From Eutreptiella sp. 'Long Island Sound 2002' (Eukaryota; Protista; Euglenida): a stretch of 64,000 bases of DNA. The translations under genes and the position numbers were made by a program. How positions within the stretch are numbered: the stretch's first letter is position 1; every line of letters begins with the position of its first letter. The stretch covers positions 198,028,001 to 198,092,000 of the forward strand of contig OZ038378.1 in the NCBI GenBank assembly GCA_964036045.1. The letters run 5' to 3'. Shown piece by piece: positions 37,836 to 48,790 of this stretch. The notes beneath the pieces were generated by a model. The model saw nothing but the letters and a program-made list of their open reading frames with translations. It was not told where the DNA came from and ran no database searches.

Positions 37836-40141
37836 CTAATGTTGATGACTACTGGCAGCGCTCGACGATTGAACACAGATGGCAGAAATAGCATCACAGT
37901 CGGATGCACCTGGTAAAAATCGAGGGTGAAACTCATTCGGCTCCGAAAGGATAGCCACGGGGGCGTCGGAATCATCACTGTGAACAGACACTGCTTCTGG
38001 AGGGGGGGGGTCCGGGTCCCATCCATCATCACCCACAAAATCAGCAGCCCTCAGGTCTGGATATCCGGCTGCCCCACCAGCGGGGGGGGGGGCTCCTCAT
38101 CACTGTCACTGTCGCCATCAGCATTGGGGGGGGCGGGTATCCGGGCGGGGTCCCTTTGCGCAAAAGCGCGTGCTGGCCGGCGTCGCTTGTACCGGTCTGG
38201 TGTATTACATGCGCGTAACATGTCCTGTGCCTGTGCTACTGTTGTGTCCACATCACCTGGAGGACGTTGTGGCACGTGTCTACCCAGCTCTGTCATCACG
38301 TCAGCATCAACTTTAACAGGTTTAACAAGTGTCTGCAATGTCTTGGCACATAGATCTCGGTAATGCTCTGCAGTGAGCACCGTATCTAGTGCACAAGGAA
38401 AATCCATCTTGGCAGGATCCCACCTGTCTTGCACGATACTCGACTTCTGACTGGACCAGACCAGGGGGGGTATAACACCAACATCAAATCCCGCCATCAA
38501 TCTGGTGAAACGACGATCAACCAGTTGTGGCAGTCCCTTGGGAACATTAACGTACTGCAGGTCCTTTGGGGTCTGGTCTGCAACGGGAGTGAGTATAAAC
38601 AGGTCATGCACCTGTTGCAACGTACAGTTCCCAGGGTGTTGTGCCATTAAGTGCACAACACGGCTTAACAGGGCCTCACACGGTTCCTCACTGTGTGCCA
38701 CACCACGTAAGCGGGCAAACCACTGGGACCACAACAGCCTAGCAACAACAATGGTGCGCACATATTCAACCTTGTCCTCATAACCTAGGGTGAGCCTCAG
38801 AAGGACGTGTAGGCAACGGCTCAACAATGGCCCTGCAGCGTGCTGCTCTCCCTGTGCAGACCAATGACAATCCCTCACTTGCGACCCAATAATAAACAAG
38901 GCTGGAATGTAACCATACAGCAGTGTTACCAACCCTTGCACTTGTGCAAGAAGTGTGCTGTGATTAGCGTTACCCGGTCGGTGCAAACCCCTTAGAGTCT
39001 GTAACTTCTGTTCCAAAGGTTGGCGCCACTTGTGGGCCAAGTGCAAGAGAACCAGAATCATACGCTCCATATAGATGAGTTTCGGAAAGTTGGGCACTGC
39101 AGTGCCCAAATTGAGTGAACCATAGGAAAAATAGGTAAATAAAGGGAAGAATCTTCTGTAGCACAGGGTTACACAATATTTATATGGGTGCCATGTGCCA
39201 TACACTACCGGGGTACGTGTAATGAACAGGGGCACGTTGTACCGAGCATAGCTGATGCTGTAAACGAGCTTAAGGACACGGTAGTGGATATTTTCGTCAA
39301 CCAACAATGGAAGACGGTGCTGTGTGTGCTGCTGCACCTCCTGGAGCCCGTGAATAATAGAGACAAGGTCGGGGGTAGTGGACACAGTTAGGTCTGTGAG
39401 AAAAAAGGGGGTCCAAGCTGGGCTGGTAACATTAGCCCGTTGTATGTCCAAGGGACAACGAACATGTTGAAGGCGGATGGGGTCGTCCATCAACCCTTGC
39501 AAGCCATCAATGAAGTTTTTATGGCTCTGCACCAACAAGTCTGCAGTGTACCCAATCCTCTGCCGCAAGACCGAGAGGCTAGGAAAAGACGGCATAACGT
39601 CAACACGTCGTTTCAAGAGTATGATAGCACCAGCTGTACAATTAAGGGACCGGTTCTCATTACCAGGCACAGGCCGGAAGTTACGTCTATAAAAATTATC
39701 AAACCACAGAACAGCGGGTTAACCTTCCAAGGTCTGCCAAAGACTGGTGCACGCAGTTGCTCCTTGAACTGCAAAGGAGGGTACATTGTAAGAACATTGA
39801 CCCATGTGAGCCAAACACCTACGTTGCACACGACTCTTGGGTTGAACACCTACAGCCCTCTTGGCACGTGGACGACACCTCTTGTGTAGAACAGACCATA
39901 TATTAAAAATCTCTTGCTCAGCAACACGGAACCATTGGTCCGGCAGACAATTAACGGTCCGCCTGTCCCTTTGTTGGATGTATTCACCAACAGACCGCCT
40001 ACTTCTCCACTCCAACCAGAGATCTAACACCCACGTACAAAACGCATCGGCACCCTTATCCACACCCACAGCCTCAGACAGATCCTCCTTTGAAGCATAT
40101 ACCTTCGAACTAAGGAACTGCCGGAAGGGAGCCGCATCCAT
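37836..40141 (-). pseudogene. Academ-type DDE transposase (~770 aa) with one nonsense codon and one homopolymer frameshift
   Basis: ORFs 40204-39719 and 39670-38051 share a frame, separated by TAA at 39721-39719. Motifs: LAHMGQCSY, LWFDNF (D1, ~39700), LNCTAG, LVDENIHYR (D2, 39298), GTWHPYK, EYVR, SEEPCEALLS (E, 38677). An acidic tail continues in another frame after the G11 run at 38082-38092. Confidence 0.7.
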
Positions 40142-40894
40142 GGACAAAAGTCCTGTTCGCAGGCAGCAAAGGTAAGGGGACAAAGAAAACAGAGACACTA
40201 TCACGAAACAAACCTAATGCGGCATAGACCAAAAGCAGCTAGCGAAGATCCAAACAATGTATCCCCCAATGGACGTGGAACGTTCCAAAGCCTGCGTACA
40301 CTCCAAGGTGGCAGTCAGACAACCGGCAATATATTTCCAATGAGCAGAGGATGAGTACCAACGTCCGATGATTCATACGTCCTTTGTCAGGTGTTACGCA
40401 ATGGGAACCAATAGGAGTGAAATACGGAGTTTTCAATTTTTTGGACACTGCAGTGCCCAAAAGTACTGGAAGTCCATTTTCAAGTGCTCATTTGGACAGG
40501 AATGGAAGTGATTGGGCAACGTACATTGTACGTGGCCTTCCGAGTATAACACCGCGGTGCGATGACCCATGGATAACGGGTATGCCAAGTTTTGATGCAT
40601 GTTGCCGCAGTATGACATCACCTGTGGAGATGACTACAGAGGTGTACTGGATAACCCACTGAAAAAAGCCATTTCAAATTTTTGGGCACTGCAGTGCCCA
40701 AAAATTTTAAATGATACAATTTTCAGCCCGGAATAGGGGGTGTATACGTACACCTCTGGAAGCAACAAAAGGCGAGGTTGTTGTATCCCACGATGAAAAT
40801 CCACGTGGGGTTGGCCGAAAAAATGATATGCTTTTTTTAGGTGCAAAAAACGGATGTTGAAATCGCCATGAATCGTGCCTTTTAGCAACGAAGT

Positions 40895-40920
40895 CTACGT
40901 GCGTATAGAGCCGCCTAAGT
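40895..40920 (-). repeat. Right terminal inverted repeat of the Academ-like element
   Basis: CTACGTGCGTATAGAGCCGCCTAAGT. Confidence 0.9.
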
Positions 40921-42269
40921 GAGAAGCCCCGGTCACAGCTGGTTTCCCCGCCACGACCCATCCTGACAGCCCTCCCTCGCCTCCATCCCCACGCTACACG
41001 CCCTCACCACGTCCAATTTCCTTGCCATCCCACCGTACCCTACAACGAAAGCTCGTACCAGCAAATGCCGAATTGACCCCCCGCCCCTCCTTGCAAAGGC
41101 CACTGGCCCCATCCACCCTTGATTAGAGCAGTAGTTGGCCCACTCCCTCGAGTCTCTGTGTGGGTACTTCAACATGGGGTAGGCACGGTATCAATTTGCT
41201 ATGTGCCACAAGGGGCCATTAGCACTCTAGAAGGGGGGGTGGTGTGCCTCCCGCTCCCACTTTTTGGACCACAGTCTAGAGAGGGCACGTGTGATCCTCG
41301 CGCCCACAGTACTCCATCCACCCCCTTTGCAACCCCCGCTGGGGAAAGAATAGGTTGCTGGTATGTGCCAATTCAAAAATGTGGCACCTTGGAACATAAA
41401 ACGGGGCACGAAAAGAGGCAAAGGAAACATTGTGCGGGTGTATGGGGCACAAGTTCAAAGTTGTATGGTCCCACATGGCTTGTGTCCTTACCATCAACGA
41501 CATGAAACATAACAAAGCACAACAAATCACCATGAAAAGGATGAAATTCCGTCCATTTTGCACAAAAAAGCGGCAGTCGCCCATGCCCCTGGTTGACCAC
41601 ACCACCGCACGTGTCGCTCTTCCCTCCTAGCATCCCAACAGGTTAGCCGCCCTCCGGGGCTCCGCACACAGCTTTTCTGAAGGAGGGGTGGGTTGGTGGT
41701 CAGCCAAAAAAAAGGAACCAAAAAAAGAAACCAAGCATTTTGTCAGGGTAGGGATCATCATGGTGTGTATGTCAAATTTTAGTCACGCAGAAAAGTGAAA
41801 AGATCCTGCACTAGCGAAGAGGACATTTGATTTCATAAAAGGGGGCATTCCGGTCGGACCCGAAGAGTTCACTTTGCTCACTTTCGAAAAATGTAATTGG
41901 AAGGAAGGGGTTAGAGGGGTTGGGGCACAATAGCGCAACAGAAACCAGGTTCAATGCAAGAATACAACACACGATTTTCGTATTCGACGAGCACTCCGGA
42001 GACATGTGTGGGGAGAGTACGATTGGTGGGATTGTGCCATGGGATAGGGGAAGCAATTTTGAGAGCGTGGCTCCTTGGAGATCCAGGCAATTGCCGATAC
42101 CCTTTTGGGAGCAGTGCTCTGGAAATGGGGTTAGATTGTTTGCGACCAATCATCGGAAGCCACGCCCCGGAATTCATAAGCATTTTTCCAACCAATTTCG
42201 GCGGCGTGGCTTGTGAAATCCCATGGGATGCAAAATCATCAAAAGTGTTTACAGATGGGATGTTCCCAA

Positions 42270-43400
42270 CACTGCTGCCAATTGACCAATAGATTTTGGA
42301 CGGGACATGCCAGGCAACACGTAGACACCTGCTTTGCTTTTGGGTCTTCCGTACTATCTATGGGTGCGACATGTGACAGCCCTTTGGCCTCCATGATGTG
42401 GTGCAACATTTGCACGTTTTTTTCGGAAACCTTTTTGCCATGGTGAAATCGCCACTTGTAGCACGTCTTCCACAACCACCAAAATGGTGGTTGCCAGCCA
42501 ATTCCAGACAACATTTTGTAATGGAATGAGTCGCATTTCATCCATTGCTTCTGTTGCTAACGACTTCGGAATGTTTCGTTGCAAGCTGACAAGCCAATCA
42601 TTTGGCACTTCGCCTGTCGCCAAGGCCTGTTGAACCGCCGGCGTCATGGGGGACAGGACGATTTCCAGCAGGGGTGCACACGCCTCTACCGGTACTCCGT
42701 CTAGACCTAGAGACGGTCCCCCTTTCATCCGTTCTAGGGCTGCCAGAACGGCTTCTTGTGAAACCGTGCCCCTTAGACGTAGAAGTGCAGAGCTAACCCG
42801 CTTCCGCAACGAGAGAAACTCCATCCATGCCAGGCACTGCTGCATTGTTGTACTTGGCAACTTCATGATACCCGATCAAAAATCTCGAAACGCCTCTACA
42901 ATGTCCGTCGTCGTTGTACACGGCTTTCCGCCCTGAGTTTCGACCCCATGCAACTACCTCTTGGCTTCTAATTCTCTCAACTAAGAATGAATCTTGCCAC
43001 ACTTCTCTACGTGTTACCTCTCTCCTCACAAATCGTAAGCCGCTCTTGCTCCATGTGATGACACACGCTACTTCGTATACCTTAACGAGTGTAACATCAT
43101 ATCACAAGGCGGTTATTGTTTAGATGGCGCAACCTCCGCCGCAAAGAGTGCCACCGAGGTTCAGATCTCCGGTGGAGTTGTTACAAGATGAGTAAGCGAA
43201 GGACAATTTGCTCAACGTGTTTGCAGAGCTAGAAGGGGCACAGTAAGGCACCGCATTTGACCAGTGGAAGAGAGTGGACGGACTGTTGCAAGAGCTGAGA
43301 TCGTAGTGGAGGAGAATGCATCCAGGAGTGGAACATCTGCCATTGTAGGCCATTATGCGGATGTCACCGCCAAGACAAATGATGCCAATGCGGCCTCCTT
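42270..43400 (-). mobile_element. Decayed non-LTR retrotransposon: probable AP-endonuclease end plus RT N-terminal half
   Basis: GDLN (endonuclease motif, weak). MKGGPSLGLDGVPVE, RNIPKS...EMRLIPLQNVVW and ISPWQKGF match LINE RT domains 0-2. Confidence 0.7.
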
Positions 43401-43484
43401 GGCCGAGCAAGGGTTTGAGAAAAAGAGTTCAAGGAAAGCATACGTACTGCTCATGTCGTTGCTGCAACGGGGTCCATAGATGGG

Positions 43485-43700
43485 GGGCCATGAGCAACGG
43501 ATACTGGACTCACATACACCCCCGTGACACAGGCATATGGTCATGGCCCCAAAGCACAGTACGCCCCCCCCCCCCTTGTCGTTCCCCACCCAAGGGAAGA
43601 CGGTCCCCCACCACCCCTTGGGGGACGGTCACCAAGTGACGGTCCCGCAGCCCCCCCTTGGGGGACCGCACCACCACCGTACACGCACATTTGCAGGCAC
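43485..43700 (+). repeat. Copy of the dispersed GAGCTCGCATATACC-type repeat with C/G-run flanks
   Basis: GGGGGCCATGAGCAACGGATACTGGACTCACATACACCCCCGTGACACAGGCATATGGTCAT matches 24842-24905. Confidence 0.65.
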
Positions 43701-43764
43701 AGAAATTGCAAAACAAAAGAATTCAGCAAGGGATGTGTTCAAAGGGCTGCCAAGGTACGGAGAC

Positions 43765-44150
43765 CTACTCATTGACCGGCTCGGTGTAAAATTCTTGGTC
43801 CTGCTCCACTTCAGCTTGAACTCTTGCACATGCTCTCCATTTTCCACCGGAATGCTTTGGGCGGCACTCTTGGGTGGTGGTTTTGCCTTCTTGGTAGGAG
43901 GCCCGTTGCTCTGCTCGGGTCGAGGATGAAGCCTCCGATTGGGCAGGGCGGGGCGGAGAGGGAGCACATGGCAGTGAGAGGCGCCGAACAGACGCACGGT
44001 CGTGCAAGACGGTCGTGCCATCACGGTCATAAGTGATGCGGCGATATGCATCACCATGCTCCGAATGTCCAACGACTGGCGCCAAAACAAGTTCCCCCGT
44101 GGAGCGGATGAACATCACACTTGTCCCAGGGGGAAACATGGTTGTGCTAT
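43765..44150 (-). CDS. Possible small protein or fragment with SH3/Tudor-like beta-rich segment
   Basis: FPPGTSVMFIRSTGELVLAPVVGHSEHGDAYRRITYDRDGTTVLHDRA has a beta-barrel-like pattern. No splice model was established. Confidence 0.3.
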
Positions 44151-45143
44151 CAAGTTCCATTTCACCGAAAGTGAGCAAAATGTCCTACCATGAGTGCAAG
44201 GGATACAAGTGGCTGTGCCCCATAACACAGTCACCCACACAACAACACAATGAGCCGCAACGAAAAATTTTGGGTTGACCAAGCGACGCCCCCCCCCCCC
44301 ACCCCCCGGGAACAACAAGGGGTGGGGAACGACAAGGCGGGGGGGGGGGGGACATTGTTTCGCCTTGCCGCAGTGCAGCGCGAACCAGATTAGCTCTGAA
44401 TGTTTCCTTGACATCACCATAGATGGGGGGGGGGGGCTATGGCTCAGGTCCTTGCTGGCACCCACCCCTGGGGGAACGGGGCTAATATTACTTAAAAAAT
44501 GCATGTGTGCATGTACCACTATATTGCCTCGTTTAAGGATAATTATCCAAATTGCGCACCGCAAGTGCCACAGGACAAGCACCCCCAAGGCCCTCATTGT
44601 CATTACCACCCAAAGAACAACAATGGGCCATCCATTCATGTACACCTGCCAAAGAGTGTCCAAGCATCATGGCCATTATTGCACAAGAGACCCAACTAGG
44701 GCTCAGAGGGTGTTGTCGCACCTTGCGGCACCTTTCGGATGTTTCCGGGGATTTTACCCGGTGAAGAGGCCCGCTACAAACGATTATGGCGAGTGTTCCC
44801 AAATGGCTGTGGATGGTTGCCAGATGATACCTCGTGTTTCTTTCTGCCTTGTAGGGGAATTTTTTTTAATACTTCCGGCGCCACATAAGTTCGAAGTTCA
44901 AAGTCTCACTATGAACAAAGAAGGGGCACTCATAGGTAGGTCGCCTAGCATCAGTACAGCCGTTGTAACTATAGCCACAGGCTTCGTGCGGGTTATGCAC
45001 GTCCATCGAGGACGCCTGTGGGGACAAGTTATCCTACAAGTCGGCTGACAGTGGTGTGCAGATCTGCTCTGCCATAGGCATTGGCTGCCCAGTCCGAAGT
45101 TTCAAGTGATGTTTTTTCTAGTGTGGTGGTAGCAAGCCAAGGG

Positions 45144-48100
45144 TCACGTGCGGTGAGTCCTGGGAGATCCAGTCAGCTGAATCTCCCATGGGTCTGTCGG
45201 TTCAGGGTCCCCAGTAAGGTGGATGTAGTCCGGGGTGTCGGGGTGGTGCGTCCTGTATCGCTTGAAACGCCGACCCGGTGATAAGGCGACTGCACTCGCA
45301 GGCCTCTTTTTCGGTTCCCTGACAAGGCTCCACCGCTCTGCGATTTCCTCCACCCAACCCTGGTACTCCATTAGCCACCGGCTCATGCCGGCCCGCACCT
45401 CCTCCAGTGACTCCTGCCGCCATTGTTTCATGGATCTATGTTGGCTGACGCGGGCAAGTTGCAAGGTATCGCACATGGCTGCGGTCAACCACGTGTCCCT
45501 GTCCCCAAGCTTATGGGTCACCATAGCATCCCATGTGCGGAACTTCTGGTAGGCCAGCTGCTGGTGGCTAATGTTGGCCCGGGCAACTGTGGCCGAGTGG
45601 GCGAGCGCAGAGGGCAGCGCCAGTTCCAGCATTTTTGTGTGCCGCACGACCCTTGTGGTGAGGCGGCGCAGGCTGGAAAGTGTGCCCAACAAGACGCGTT
45701 GACGTGCGCGGTGCGCCGCATAGAGAGTCACGCAAACACTATGGTGGAACCAAAACCGCGTGCGCTGAGCGGACACGGCGAGCACCCTAGCGCAGGCGTC
45801 CACGTGTGAGGCCCATGTCACTGCCACCCTGACGGTAATCTGTCGTTGCGCCAGGATTCCCCTCACGGTTCCTCTGATCAGTGATTGAGCCGTCTGCATC
45901 AGATTATTGGCCGTCATGTAGGTTGCCCCTGTCACCACTGTTTTGTGGGGGTCACAGACGGCGTTCGGTGCATGCATGTGTCCAGGAAGGTTTCCTCCCA
46001 AGTGAGTCCGTCCCCAGTCAAAACCGGTAAAGCCCTGATTACCATGCACGCCCTTGGGACGGTATACGGTTGACGCAAGAGTTTCGCCACCGTGCCCCTG
46101 GTTTCCAGCCTGTGATCTCTTTTGGGTTTCGCAGACCTTTGTTGGCTTCCAGTCACCGCGCGTTTTCGAGGGTTGTAGTGGCATTGTCGGACAAGGCGTT
46201 CCTCGGTAGGGGGCAAGCACTGGGCCATGCGGCGAAAGGTCGTGTACCAGATGGCCGTTCCGCCCGATGAAGAGCGCCGCTCCTTGACCGAGTCCTGCGG
46301 CATGGGAAGATTGTGGCGTAGCTCACCCGCCAGCTTCATGCACTGGTATTGGTGCACCGCCACCCTGTACCGGAAATCGGGCATATGGTCGGGCGGGATT
46401 AACTCCACAAGAGACAGGGGAATGTGGAACTTCGCCACACGGGCAAGGTCGTCAGAAGTGGCTGTAGAGAGCCACTGCCGGTCCATTGGCTCCCAGGGTC
46501 CCCAGGTTTTCGCCCACTCGTCCAGGAACAGCGTCCTCCATGCCCCACACTGCACAAGCCGTGTCTGCGCCGTTCCTTGGTGTGTGGATCCACATAGAGC
46601 ACATGGTTGGGCCGACTTCTTCCATGGAGGCATACACCCTTTCCACCACACGTTCCCCCACACCCACTGTAGCCACAGCCTGCGGCGCTCCGCCTTTAAT
46701 GACAGCCAAGTTGCGATGTGCACCCCCTCCGGAGTGGCATGTGGGCGCATTGCCGTGATCCACTTTTTTGCCGGCGTGGGTGCCTCTGTGCCTCCCACAC
46801 CTATGCCATGTGTCGCATCTGGTGTGTATGGTGTCAATGGGAGCTCGCTTCCCATGGAAGCCAACGAGTCGGAAAGGTTATTTCCCCGTATGTCTTGGGC
46901 TTCCTGAGGCGCCCGCGCCTGACGTTCTTCCCGGTGGCCTAGCACCCACCTGGGCATCAGTGACTTGCTGTGGAGCTCCTGTGCTAATGGCTGGCGGACG
47001 TCCACGTCACAGACTTCATGGTAAGGTGCGGCTGTAGCACAATCCGCTGCTGTCTGATTGTCTAAAACCACCTCGTCAGCAGTGTGCAGGAAGCTACATA
47101 CATGCCCATGCGTTCCGCCCGGTACGGGGTTTGAGGACCCCGCACTCGTCCAATCACGTGCAGTGGCCCGCAGTGAAGTCCGAAACCTGCACGGCAGTCG
47201 CCTATGGCGCCCCCCATACCTGCCGGATTGCCTTTTCTACTTCCATCCGTGTACCATGTTGTCCCCTACGGATCACAGCCGTTGGTGTAGACTTCACAAC
47301 CCCCTGCCACACTGAGTTGGTACCCTTTTGTGACCTGTCCTCCTTCCAGGACATGCCACCGCGGTTTGGCAAGCCCATACCGGTGTGCCATGTCCTCTTG
47401 GCCGACTAGGGCCATTTGATTGTGGATCATGCGACCGTCCTCTGTGTCCTCGCTGTCAATGAGACTCGATCCCGCGGGACGGCGACGGGGGTGCTTTAGC
47501 GATATGCCCGAGATTGCTCCCATTCAATTCAACAAAGTCACGTACGCAAGAAAAGGCGTCTGGCTACGTCCCACTGGTGTGTTGAGGGAGACCCGAAATG
47601 CTTGGTGCTGGTGATGGACAGTCCGCTGCATGGTGGTGATGAATCGCCGTCGGTAGGCCAGGTACAGCTGATGCAGCCCCATGCCTCCGCAAGATACAGG
47701 GGCACTGAGTTGTTTGGTATTCCGTCCCGGGACCATACCTTTCAGTTGACGTACAAACACCGAACACAGGTCGTCTACCTCCTTGTACCACCTGTCAGAG
47801 GGAATGAGCACCGCCCGGTGGAGCCACGTAGGCATCAAGATGGAGTTGACCACCTGTTTAAATTGTTTTTCCCCCCATGGGCTTGGCACTTGCTCCTTCG
47901 CCCCACCAAACCCCATGCACCTCCTTCCACCTCCCCTCACTGCCATCCACGCAGCAGACGAGACAACAGTGCACAGTCGTGGACATTGCTGAACCCAAAG
48001 AACGTAGTGTCGCGTGACCATTTTGCTGCTGTGCCGGCGACACCATCCGTCACCACCACCACCAAGGACCACCGGGGTCCCGTTCCCTGCGATCACTTGG

Positions 48101-48790
48101 GCATGCTATGCTGACATGTAGAATGTGCAGTCGTTCCAGTTGAAGGTCCGCTTGTGGAGGGTCCCGAAGGCCACGACTTGCTCGTAGATGCCCTCCATGG
48201 ATCCCTTCAGTCCATACTTCTGTCTCAGCCGATCTGCCGGTTCAACGGTATCGACTCCCGCTGTCTTTGCCGCCGTCACGAGTCTGTCCGTGTCTTGCTG
48301 AAGCGTAGACGCGTTTAGCAGTTGCGTGGCCAGTTTATGCTGGCCCTACTCGAGGTAATCCTCAAAGCTGATCGGCTGGTTCTCAGACTCAGGCATGGTC
48401 AGGACGACGGCACACCACAAAACAAACAAACACTAGGCGAGTGTTCACGAGGTGCCCTCCTCCCACCCCCTTGCCCAATTTAAACTCAAGTTTACTGCAT
48501 AAACTTTAGTTTTCGTTCCCAGTCATCCATGGGAATATGCGCATATTGTGCCACGTCCGACGTAATCAAGTCCAGGTAGTCCGACCGCGCCTTGTGTGCC
48601 CACTGTGGGTGTGCAATGGTGTGTCCCGGGTAGCTGAGGATGGGAGGCCTCACAGTATTAACCTGTCCGTCCCACAGTAGCTGGTCCACCTTGTAGGTCG
48701 CCGACCAACAGTACACCTCTGTTTTTCCTTTGTTCACATGGAAGCCCAGTGTGTTGCCCAGGTCCGTGACCCGCCTGAGCACGGCCAACT
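45144..48790 (-). mobile_element. Decayed non-LTR retrotransposon, order RT - RNase H - zinc knuckle - long C-terminal tail
   Basis: LGFHVNKGKTE (RT thumb), APVSCGGMGL, TWYTDGSRKG (~47250), PRWVLGH...IRGNNLSDSLA (RNase H end), CALCGSTH...LVQC, then several hundred codons of open sequence to 45144. Confidence 0.8.
48106..48396 (-). pseudogene. Coding-like insert within the LINE RT (96 codons, one internal TAG)
   Basis: MPESENQPISFEDYLE*GQHKLATQLLNASTLQQDTDRLVTAAKTAG...NWNDCTFYMSA lies in a ~600-bp segment that separates WERK (48500) from KQVVNSIL (47860). Confidence 0.4.

Larger units (their letters stand above)
34607..40707. promoter_or_regulatory. Nine dispersed copies of palindrome GGGCACTGCAGTGCCC (putative protein-binding site)
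   Basis: Cores at 34607, 34937, 35981, 36706, 36744, 37359, 39092, 40443, 40684. The last lies within a perfect 32-bp palindrome (40676-40707). No full copy was noticed outside the element. Confidence 0.7.
34400..40920 (-). mobile_element. Full-length Academ-like DNA transposon (6521 bp)
   Basis: Perfect 26-bp TIR ACTTAGGCGGCTCTATACGCACGTAG (34400-34425 and 40895-40920). GAG on both flanks (34397-99 and 40921-23). Contains a DDE transposase and an accessory gene. Confidence 0.8.

Noticed and set aside
37509-39721. Alternative genetic code or programmed readthrough in the Academ genes
   Set aside because: The two internal stops differ (TAA, TGA) and both codon types end other ORFs here. Simple nonsense mutation is more parsimonious.
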